DNA of 54,276 nucleotides, taken from positions 1 to 54,276 of IMG/VR virus record IMGVR_UViG_3300036794_000124, one strand, 5' to 3'. Both the position numbers and the translations under genes were made by a program. The stretch comes from a virus (Duplodnaviria > Caudoviricetes). The notes under the pieces are model-generated. The model searched no databases, was not told the DNA's origin, and was given only the letters and a program-made list of their open reading frames with translations. Each line of letters opens with the position of its first letter. Position 1 is the first letter of the stretch. Of the stretch, positions 8,995 to 16,408 are shown piece after piece.

Positions 8995-9845
8995 GCGCCG
9001 CGACCCGGCACATAGAGGGCCCGGGGCTTGCCTTCCCCGTTCAGGACGCGGAGATATTTGTCGGTTTCGCAGAGGATGTTCGGCACGTCGCTGAAGTCCA
9101 TGCCGACGCCGGTCTCAGCCTCGGCGAGGCGATAGATCGCCTTCATCTCGCCGAGCGCCTGGCCCTGCGAAAGCGCGGCAGTGACCGGGCGGCCATGCAG
9201 GCGGTTGAGCCCTCGGATCGTGCCCGGCCCTGCCGCCGCCCAGGTCTCGATGTCCGGTGCGTGATTGAGCAGAGCGGTGAACCGCATGTCGACGACGGCC
9301 TGGTAGGCCATGAACGGCCCCCAGCCGTTAGACCGGCAGATCAGCTCGTGCGTCCGACGCAGGCTTTCGAGGCGCAAAAACCGATCGCGGCGGTGCCAGA
9401 GGTCGCCGATGACCGTCTCGGCGATGTAGGCCTGCTTGTCGGCCCCCTTCTCCGACGGAGCGGAGATCATGTAGGCTCCGGTGTAGACCTTCTCGCCACG
9501 GGCCTTGCGGTCGTTCAGGACGGCCGTGATCGCGTCCGGGCGGAAGGCGGCCGACGGCCACGCGAAGGCGTCGGCCGCGATCAGCTCCGCCAGCGTGTCG
9601 GGCCAGTTGATCTGCCGGGCGATGCACAGCATCAGCCAGAGGAGAGGGTGGCCGACAAACGGCTTGCGAATATGCTCCCGGATCCAGATCGTGCCGCGAT
9701 CGTCCTCGCGGCGGACGTTGCAGAAGCGATAGGTCGCTAGGATCGGATCGTCGGTGAACGGCGGCGACTGGCCGGATTCCTTGCGGACGCGGATCGCCTC
9801 GCGCTCCCTCACCCAAGCCCACAGAGGGGTGTAATCGATGCTCAA
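8991..9845 (-). CDS. aGPT-Pplase1 / 5-hmdU DNA kinase helical-domain family protein
   Basis: ER..I...K..G..PPFTDDPILATYRFCNVRREDDR, G.GPFMAYQAVVD, GPGT.RGL, LCE.DKY.R; TTG start overlapping the C5-MTase stop. Confidence 0.8.
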   Translation of the reverse strand: MSIDYTPLWAWVREREAIRVRKESGQSPPFTDDPILATYRFCNVRREDDRGTIWIREHIRKPFVGHPLLWLMLCIARQINWPDTLAELIAADAFAWPSAAFRPDAITAVLNDRKARGEKVYTGAYMISAPSEKGADKQAYIAETVIGDLWHRRDRFLRLESLRRTHELICRSNGWGPFMAYQAVVDMRFTALLNHAPDIETWAAAGPGTIRGLNRLHGRPVTAALSQGQALGEMKAIYRLAEAETGVGMDFSDVPNILCETDKYLRVLNGEGKPRALYVPGRGA

Positions 9846-11800
9846 GCCGCCCTCCGCTCGTCGTCGGTGACTTCCCAGATCGGCGGGTTGGCGAGGGCCA
9901 CGGCGCGGACGACGCCGGGGCAGACCATGTTGCCGATCATCTCGACCTGGTGGGTGGTGTTGATCGCGCGCCCGTCGGCGTCGGTGGCGAAGTCGACCTC
10001 GCGCGGCAGGCCCATGGCGCGGGCCAGCTCGCGGGCCTTGAGCATGCGAAGGCCGATGTCGACGATGATCCACACCTGCTTGTCGCCGGCGGCGTCGGGG
10101 AGGAGCACGAGGCCGAAGCGCAGGCGCCCGCGCAGGGTGCCGGCCGGATCGGCCCACTCGGCCGGCGTCGGCGGCCCGAACTGGTCCCAGAGGAATTCCA
10201 GCACCCGGCCGCGCCGCCCTTGCGGTCCGCCCTCGACCTCCAGCCGCGCCTCCACCAGGCGCTGGGTGCAGCCCTTGCCGACGATGGTCGAGACGGGATC
10301 GCGCACGGAATGGCCGACGAGGCCGGTCGCGGCCTGTTCGAGCCATGTCGCGATCAGTGCGTGGCGATCCTCGGTCGGGACGACGCGCAAGGGATCGTGG
10401 AGCGAGGAGCCGACGCCCGTCGCGTAATAACTCGAGAGTGAGGCCGCGATTAGTTGGTCATGGCCGCCGCCCTTGCCCCCGCCAGAAAGTCCGGCCGCCA
10501 ACGGCTCGCGGATATCGCGGCCGGAAACATTGGAGCCGAACTGGCGGCCGAGGGCGGCGGCCACCAGAAGCGTCTTGCCGCCACCGCCAGCCGTAGTCGC
10601 GCCGACCGGGTCGGCGGCGTTGGAGCCCACCGACCGCCCGAACTGCCGCGACAGACACGCCGCCACCAGCGAGCCACCGTTGCCGTCCGGCACAGGTGAT
10701 GGATAGGGTTCACGAAGATCCCGCGATCTCGGCTCCTGGCCCGCGCGCTCGCTGTAGCGCGGGACCAGATAGGGGGAGACGAGGGCGAAGTCGCCGCGGC
10801 TGGCGGCCGTCAGGGTGCGCAGTGGATCGCGCGCCGAGTAAGTCCGCACGTCGGCGGAGTGGCCGGCCGGCACGAGGTAGGGGGCGACAGTCCCCTCGGG
10901 GCGGATTTGGACGATGAAGGGATCGACCATCACGTGCCGCTCGACGCCCTTGGCGATGCGCCGCAGGGTGTTAGCGACCAGGGGGCGCTTGCATTTGACG
11001 CCCGTCTCTTTGGTGTAGGCCCGCGCCTCCTCCCGGCTCATCAGGATCGATGGGCAGGGATCGGCGAAATCGATGCAGGTCCAGCCGCCGACGTAGGCCG
11101 CGAGGCCCTTGGCGGCAGCGACCTTGCGGGGCGCGTGCGTCGGCGCCGGCCAATGGATCGGCTGGCCGTCGCAGCGGGCGATCATGACGAGCCGCCGACG
11201 GGTCGTCGGGACGCCTACGTCTGCGGCCCGGATGTAGCCGATCTCCACCTTGTAGCCGACCCGCTCCAGCCTCGCGACGAAGCGGGAGCGGGTCTCGCCG
11301 CGCAGCGCCTTGATCGGCTGGCCGACATCACCCGGGACGCCATTGGCGCGGACGTCGTCCTCGCGGCGATAGACCGGGCCCCAGTCGAACCACTCCTCGA
11401 CATTCTCCAGCATGAGCACGTCCGGCCGCCGGCTCGCCACCCACGGCAGGATGGCCCAGGCGAGCCCCCGAATCCGCTCGGTCTTGGGGGCCGCTCCCTT
11501 GGCCTTGGAGTGGTCGGTGCAGTCCGGCGAGAACCAGGCGAAGCCGATCGGCTCGCCCGGGCAGACGATGGAGGGCGGCACCTCGATGATGTCGCCGAGG
11601 AAATGGCCGGTGGCCGGGAAGTGCTTGCGGTGGCTGGCGATGGCCACGTCCCAGTGGTTGAGCGCCGCGTCCGGATCGGCCCCCCAGGCGGCGCGGATGC
11701 CGAAGCACGCCCCCCCGCCGCCGGCGAAACCGACCACGATCCGCTTGCGCGGCAGGCCCAGGGCGTCGAGTTGGCCGGGGGTCAGGCCGAGCGCGCTCAT
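9842..11800 (-). CDS. C5-cytosine DNA methyltransferase, phage type with long repetitive variable region
   Basis: FAGGGG (I), SPDC (IV), ENV (VI), R.RL (VIII), LRML..RELARAMG (IX), IGNMVCP (X). Confidence 0.9.
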   Translation of the reverse strand: MSALGLTPGQLDALGLPRKRIVVGFAGGGGACFGIRAAWGADPDAALNHWDVAIASHRKHFPATGHFLGDIIEVPPSIVCPGEPIGFAWFSPDCTDHSKAKGAAPKTERIRGLAWAILPWVASRRPDVLMLENVEEWFDWGPVYRREDDVRANGVPGDVGQPIKALRGETRSRFVARLERVGYKVEIGYIRAADVGVPTTRRRLVMIARCDGQPIHWPAPTHAPRKVAAAKGLAAYVGGWTCIDFADPCPSILMSREEARAYTKETGVKCKRPLVANTLRRIAKGVERHVMVDPFIVQIRPEGTVAPYLVPAGHSADVRTYSARDPLRTLTAASRGDFALVSPYLVPRYSERAGQEPRSRDLREPYPSPVPDGNGGSLVAACLSRQFGRSVGSNAADPVGATTAGGGGKTLLVAAALGRQFGSNVSGRDIREPLAAGLSGGGKGGGHDQLIAASLSSYYATGVGSSLHDPLRVVPTEDRHALIATWLEQAATGLVGHSVRDPVSTIVGKGCTQRLVEARLEVEGGPQGRRGRVLEFLWDQFGPPTPAEWADPAGTLRGRLRFGLVLLPDAAGDKQVWIIVDIGLRMLKARELARAMGLPREVDFATDADGRAINTTHQVEMIGNMVCPGVVRAVALANPPIWEVTDDERRAA

Positions 11801-12156
11801 TGCTTCTTGGCCGTCTGGAAGGAGAAGGCGCGGGTCTCCTGGTCGACATGCAGCTCCATCATCCACGCCCCGCAGGCGTCGATCTCGGCGGCCGGGATCT
11901 CCACCGCGCCGCCCAGGCGGTTGACGAGGACGATCAGCACCTGGTTCTTCATCAGCTCGAGCATCTGGGCGATGGCCGGGTCGCCGGCGTACTGGTGGGC
12001 GCGCTGGTCGCGGGCGAACTCGCCGATCTTGGCCTGGGCCACCGCGTCGGCGGTGCACGCCGCGCAGGGGCCGGGCCCCCCGCACGGGTCCTTCGCGCCG
12101 TCGCGGTTGGGCCACACGTGGCCGTGGCCGCTGGGGGTGTGGAGGGCCGGCGTCAC
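11797..12156 (-). CDS. Hypothetical protein with GHGHV...CGGPGPC..C motif
   Basis: Coupled ORF; His/Cys cluster suggests metal binding. Confidence 0.55.
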   Translation of the reverse strand: MTPALHTPSGHGHVWPNRDGAKDPCGGPGPCAACTADAVAQAKIGEFARDQRAHQYAGDPAIAQMLELMKNQVLIVLVNRLGGAVEIPAAEIDACGAWMMELHVDQETRAFSFQTAKKQ

Positions 12157-12268
12157 AGGCGATCGCCCGGGATGGTGACGGGCGTGCCGGGCAGTTCGCG
12201 GGCGGCGATGAGGGCGATGGCCACCTCGCGCCACGCGGCGCGGATCGCGGCGTAGAGGTCCTGGAGGC

Positions 12269-12739
12269 TCATGCGGCGCTCTCCAGGGCGGCAAGGCGCG
12301 CCAGTTCGGCGTGGCCGAGCGGGGTGATGACGATATCGACGTAGCCGCTGATCAGGCGCTTGCGGCGCAAGGCGGCGCGGATCATCGAGAGGCGCGCCGG
12401 CGAGCGTTCGATGATCCGCGCGGCTTCCCGCGGGTCCGTGAAGCCGGCGGCCAGGAGGCGCAGCACGCGGTGTTCGAGCGTCCCCTTGGCGAGGACGGGG
12501 GTCGCAGCCGCCGCCGCGGCCGGCGCGGGAGGCGCCGGGGTGATGATCGCCGGCGGGGCATGGCGCTCCACGCAGCCGCGCAGGTCGGCCTCGTTGACGC
12601 CCAGCATCTTGGCCAGGGCCTGCCAGCCGACGTGCGGCCGGCGCGCGGCGGCGAACTCGATGTCGGATTTCTCGATGCGACGGCGGCCCGAGGCGCGGGG
12701 CGCCTGGCTAAATTCGGTGAGGTGGCTCATGGAGACCAT
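12269..12739 (-). CDS. Putative DNA-binding protein (two HTH-like segments)
   Basis: WQALAKMLGVNEADLR and PREAARIIERSPARLS...ITPLG. Confidence 0.55.
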   Translation of the reverse strand: MVSMSHLTEFSQAPRASGRRRIEKSDIEFAAARRPHVGWQALAKMLGVNEADLRGCVERHAPPAIITPAPPAPAAAAAATPVLAKGTLEHRVLRLLAAGFTDPREAARIIERSPARLSMIRAALRRKRLISGYVDIVITPLGHAELARLAALESAA

Positions 12740-13116
12740 CAGTCGCGCTCCCCGGTCATCCGCCGCGAGAAGGCGGCGAGCTGCTGGTCGAGCAGGGCCT
12801 CGCACTGGCGGGCGAGGGCGGCGACGCTCTCGGCGTGCCAGCCGCGCTGATCGTCATCGGCCTGGGGCCAGGTGCGCGCCAACTCCAGCAGCGACGAGGC
12901 CGCCGCCCGGGGGACCTCGCCGGAGATCGGGAACGGCGCGGCGATGGCCCCGGCCCGGGCCGCCTTCAGCGCCTCCCAGGCCCCCGGCCCATGGGTCGAG
13001 CGGCATTCGTCGCAGGCGCGGACCAGGGCGCGCCAGGCCTCGCTCGGCTGGACGACCGCGAACGACGTTCGCGCCGGCCGGTGCGAGGGCAGGTAGCGAT
13101 CGGAATAGCGGCTCAT
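12739..13116 (-). CDS. Hypothetical protein
   Basis: In-operon ORF with overlapping start/stop. Confidence 0.5.
   Translation of the reverse strand: MSRYSDRYLPSHRPARTSFAVVQPSEAWRALVRACDECRSTHGPGAWEALKAARAGAIAAPFPISGEVPRAAASSLLELARTWPQADDDQRGWHAESVAALARQCEALLDQQLAAFSRRMTGERD
13058..13072. repeat. Dispersed palindrome GCGAACG-A-CGTTCGC
   Basis: Perfect copy, intragenic. Confidence 0.9.
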
Positions 13117-13265
13117 CGCGCCGACGCCGCCGCGAGGATGACGACGAAGGCTAGGAGCGCCGCGCCGGCGGGGCCGAGCAGTACGACGGCCAGGATCAGC
13201 GCGCCGGCGGCGCCCAGCGCCAGGCCGATCAGATCGCCCGGTTCCAGGCGGCGGCGCGGGATCAC
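13113..13265 (-). CDS. Small membrane protein
   Basis: 50-aa hydrophobic ORF, GTGA/ATGA coupled. Confidence 0.45.
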   Translation of the reverse strand: MIPRRRLEPGDLIGLALGAAGALILAVVLLGPAGAALLAFVVILAAASAR

Positions 13266-13552
13266 GGGGTCGCCTCGAACGGGACTGACGGCATTCCGCC
13301 GTTGAGGTGCGGCGGGTAGAAGTCGGCGGGGCGGATTTCCCCGTCCGTGAACGTCACGATCCGTTCCAGCAGCTCCGCCGTCGGCACGCGACGGCGACGA
13401 TCAGCGAAGGGCAGGCAGATCAGGCGCACCTGCTCGTGCGAGCAGCCGATCTCGGCGGCCACCGCCTTCAGCTCCAGCGAACGCTCCCACATCCAGCGCG
13501 CGAAGGCCGGCCGGGGGACGGGTCGGGGCGGATGCGAATCGACGCGGCTCAT
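13262..13552 (-). CDS. cro: Cro-like HTH regulator
   Basis: LKAVAAEIGCSHEQVR...RVP......I...TDGEI.PADF; divergent from CI. Confidence 0.75.
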   Translation of the reverse strand: MSRVDSHPPRPVPRPAFARWMWERSLELKAVAAEIGCSHEQVRLICLPFADRRRRVPTAELLERIVTFTDGEIRPADFYPPHLNGGMPSVPFEATP

Positions 13553-13559
13553 GGTGACG

Positions 13560-13660
13560 TTGATTGCGGGGCTGATTTGTGGTTTAGGTCAACGGCCATT
13601 TTGGCGGGGGCCGCAATTTTGCTTCAACTGGCGGCCAACAGCCAAGCGCGGCCATATCGG
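13560..13660. promoter_or_regulatory. cro/cI divergent promoter-operator region
   Basis: TTGACC on minus strand at 13587-13592; TGATTTGTGGTTTAG (13573-13587) matches 14976-14990 at 14/15. Confidence 0.55.
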
Positions 13661-13663
13661 CGC

Positions 13664-14329
13664 ATGGCGTCGACCGTCAGTCCCGAACAGGCCGAGCGCG
13701 AACTCACCGGCCGCGCCCTTCGCCGGATGCGCGAGGACCGCGGCCTCTTTCAGGGCCACGTGGCCAAGAAGATGGGAATGACCAGCCAGGCCTGGCAGAA
13801 ATACGAGGCCGGCGAGCGCCGGTTCGGCGACAAGCTGCCGCGCATCCTGGAAGCCATCGGGGCCACCGAGGAGGACCTGCGCGACATGCGCGCCGCCCTA
13901 TTGGGCGGCGGCGTCAGGCTTCATTCACGTGGCGTTCAGGAAGAGCGGCGACCATTTACGATCGACGTCTACGGCCGCGCCCGCGCCGGCCCCCAGGGCG
14001 TGCAGAGTTACGATGTGGGGGAGCCGTTGCGTACCATCGACATCAGCCAGATCCTCGGCCCCTCGACCAACGCCCTGGAGATCGCCGGCGACAGCATGGT
14101 GCCGTGGGGCGATCCAGGCGAGATCGTGCTCTTCGACCGCGACCGCTATCCCAAGCGGGGGACCGGCTGCGTCATCGAGACCCTGGCCGGCGAGTATTAC
14201 GTCAAGCTCTACGAGCGCTCGGACGGCTCGACCCTCTTCGCCCGCGAGCTATCTCCGGAGGACCGGATCGTCACCTTCGCCTTGAAGGACCTGCGCGGCG
14301 TCTACGCCATCCGCCTGCGCGGCGATTAG
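13664..14329 (+). CDS. cI: CI-like repressor (XRE HTH plus S24 peptidase)
   Basis: LRRMREDRGLFQGHVAKKMGMTSQAWQKYEAGER; AG cleavage site; GDSM.P catalytic Ser; YVK catalytic Lys. Confidence 0.9.
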   Translation: MASTVSPEQAERELTGRALRRMREDRGLFQGHVAKKMGMTSQAWQKYEAGERRFGDKLPRILEAIGATEEDLRDMRAALLGGGVRLHSRGVQEERRPFTIDVYGRARAGPQGVQSYDVGEPLRTIDISQILGPSTNALEIAGDSMVPWGDPGEIVLFDRDRYPKRGTGCVIETLAGEYYVKLYERSDGSTLFARELSPEDRIVTFALKDLRGVYAIRLRGD

Positions 14330-14898
14330 TTCCACACGAGCGGGCGGGGCGTCGCGAACACCATCGCCTGATCGCCGCCCTGGTAGAAGGTCGCCTCGAG
14401 CGTCACTTTCGAGGCCTTGCGGCCCCCGGCGATCAGCCCCTTGGCCCCTTCGATGAACAGCACCCCGGTATTGCCGTCGCCGGCTTCGTTCCCGGCGAAT
14501 CGCCGCGACTTCCCGTCACCGAACCGCACGGTCACCGAACAGTCGGAGATGCAGGCGAACTGGCCGTCGCCGACAATCTGGAGATAGGCGTCGGGCGCCC
14601 GGCCGCCCCGGCGGCGCACGCATAGCCTGACGTAGGGATCGCCGTAGGGCGGCTGCAAGCTCACCGGCTCGGCCGAGACCACGCAGGCCAGGCGAGTCGC
14701 GCCTCGGCCGAGGGGATCGGGATCGGTGGAATAGAACCAGCTGGTGGGAACGCCGGCGGCGACCTCGCCGGGCGCATCCACCGGCCCGGCCGCGATCGGG
14801 CCGCGCCGCGCGCCGATCACGGCCAGCCAGACGAGCGCGATGGCCGCCGCGAGCCCCGCGACCAGGACGATCAGCACCCGTCTCGCCCCCTTCTCCAT
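14326..14898 (-). CDS. Membrane-anchored extracytoplasmic hypothetical protein
   Basis: N-terminal TM VLIVLVAGLAAAIALVWLAVIG, Cys-containing beta domain; convergent with cI. Confidence 0.65.
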   Translation of the reverse strand: MEKGARRVLIVLVAGLAAAIALVWLAVIGARRGPIAAGPVDAPGEVAAGVPTSWFYSTDPDPLGRGATRLACVVSAEPVSLQPPYGDPYVRLCVRRRGGRAPDAYLQIVGDGQFACISDCSVTVRFGDGKSRRFAGNEAGDGNTGVLFIEGAKGLIAGGRKASKVTLEATFYQGGDQAMVFATPRPLVWN

Positions 14899-14973
14899 CG
14901 TCCCGGTCCTCCCAGCCGACAGGAATTCACGCCCCGCCGACTCGCGCAAGCCGTCCCGCGCGGTGACCCCCAC

Positions 14974-15040
14974 GTTGATTTTTGGTTTAGTCCGTTGACC
15001 GGATCAATTTTCCGGGGTTTAGTGTGCAAATCACCCCGCG
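14974..15040 (+). promoter_or_regulatory. Early (pL-like) promoter/operator
   Basis: TTGACC 14995-15000, 17-nt spacer, TTTAGT; GGTTTAG boxes shared with the cro promoter. Confidence 0.5.
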
Positions 15041-15079
15041 CCGAACCAACGGCGCGAAGGAACGGGAGAGGCGCACAAA

Positions 15080-15319
15080 ATGATCGCGGTTTTCGGAGGT
15101 AAGAGGGTGCGGGTCGGCTCGCTGGCCGAGGCGTCGCGCACCTATTGCACCTACTGGGACGACCTGGCCCGCCGAACCGGCCGCGTCGTTCGCGGCGGGA
15201 CCGTCGTCGATGATCAAGGCCGTGAAGTCGGTCGTATCTCCCAGAACGGCCGGGTGTGGGCGCCCAGCGAGACATGGTCCCCCGACACCCCGCTCCTCTG
15301 CGAAGCCCAGCGGTCATGA
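15080..15319 (+). CDS. Hypothetical early protein (ISxNGRVW motif)
   Basis: First ORF after the promoter; purine-rich GGAGAGG leader. Confidence 0.65.
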   Translation: MIAVFGGKRVRVGSLAEASRTYCTYWDDLARRTGRVVRGGTVVDDQGREVGRISQNGRVWAPSETWSPDTPLLCEAQRS

Positions 15320-15504
15320 ACCCGCTCGACCTGCATTCGATCATCCTCGCCGGCGAGCGCCTGGCCTGGATCGCGCCGGCCGTCGCCGGCGGCGTCTGGT
15401 TGTGGCGCTCCGTCGCGAGCCTGCGCCGGGCCGGCCACGGCCGCCGCTGCCAGCACCTGAAATCGCGGCCCTACGTCTTCCCGCCGGAGTTCCACGATGA
15501 ATAG
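15316..15504 (+). CDS. Hypothetical small membrane protein
   Basis: ATGA-coupled, hydrophobic stretch. Confidence 0.45.
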   Translation: MNPLDLHSIILAGERLAWIAPAVAGGVWLWRSVASLRRAGHGRRCQHLKSRPYVFPPEFHDE

Positions 15505-15751
15505 CGCCCGCGTCATTCCCCTGCGCGCCGGGGCCGTGACCTTCCCGACCCCGCGCCTCCCGATCGCGGCCAGCGCCATCGCCGCCTTCCGGCTCGGCCT
15601 GCTGGCCGCCCGCACGCCGGGACCGGCCGCCGCGCCGCCCTTCGTCAACGGCGAGGCCTTCCGGCGCGGACTGCATCTCGGCCGCCAGCTCGTCGCCAAG
15701 CCCATCGTCTTCTTCGAGCCCCCGCGGCGGCCTCGCCGGCGGTGGTTCTGA
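15497..15751 (+). CDS. Hypothetical protein
   Basis: In-operon ORF. Confidence 0.45.
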   Translation: MNSARVIPLRAGAVTFPTPRLPIAASAIAAFRLGLLAARTPGPAAAPPFVNGEAFRRGLHLGRQLVAKPIVFFEPPRRPRRRWF

Positions 15752-15753
15752 CC

Positions 15754-16125
15754 ATGGCGTGGATCCTCGCCACCCGTTGCACCGCGCCGGACCTCGGCTT
15801 CCTGACGGCGGCCGACCTCGCCGGCGACATCCTCGCGCGTCGAGACGCCCTGCCTGGGCGCCCGGCGATCACCGTCACCCGGGCGGTGACCACGCGCGGC
15901 CACGAGCGGCCGGGCGGGGTCTGCCTCGCCGTTCGCGCCGGGACTGTCTTCCTCGGCTACGCCTTCGGGCCCCAGCGCGAGGGCGGCGTCTACGCCCGCG
16001 ATCCGCTGGAGCGCCTGCGCTTCGCCCTGCGCCTCGCCGAGATGAGCCGTCAGGCGAAGAGCCACGAAGAGACTTTCGCGAACGCCGTTCGCCAACCCCT
16101 CGATGAGGAGCAGGCCGTTGCCTGA
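15754..16125 (+). CDS. Hypothetical protein
   Basis: In-operon ORF. Confidence 0.5.
   Translation: MAWILATRCTAPDLGFLTAADLAGDILARRDALPGRPAITVTRAVTTRGHERPGGVCLAVRAGTVFLGYAFGPQREGGVYARDPLERLRFALRLAEMSRQAKSHEETFANAVRQPLDEEQAVA
16078..16092. repeat. Dispersed palindrome GCGAACG-C-CGTTCGC
   Basis: Perfect copy, about 310 bp upstream of the ParB gene. Confidence 0.9.
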
Positions 16126-16408
16126 GAGCCGTCAAGTCCGCCGCTGGGCCGAGCGCAAGCGCGCCAAGGCCATCGCCCGCGCCGAACGCAAGGTCGCGAC
16201 CCGCAAGGCGCTGGAGGACGATCGCGCCGCCTTCCCCCGCCCCAAGGCGCCGAAGGACGGTCGAGCCGACTTCGACCTGGACGCCTATCGCGCCGCCTGC
16301 CGTCGCCGCGTCCCAGACAAGTTCCTCAACAGCCACGCCCGGACCGTCCGCGCCTTCCGCGTCATGGCCGAGGCGCTGCAACCCTTCACCCAGGAGCCCG
16401 TCCTTTGA
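16118..16408 (+). CDS. Hypothetical basic protein
   Basis: TTG start after GAGGAG; overlaps ParB start. Confidence 0.5.
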   Translation: MPESRQVRRWAERKRAKAIARAERKVATRKALEDDRAAFPRPKAPKDGRADFDLDAYRAACRRRVPDKFLNSHARTVRAFRVMAEALQPFTQEPVL

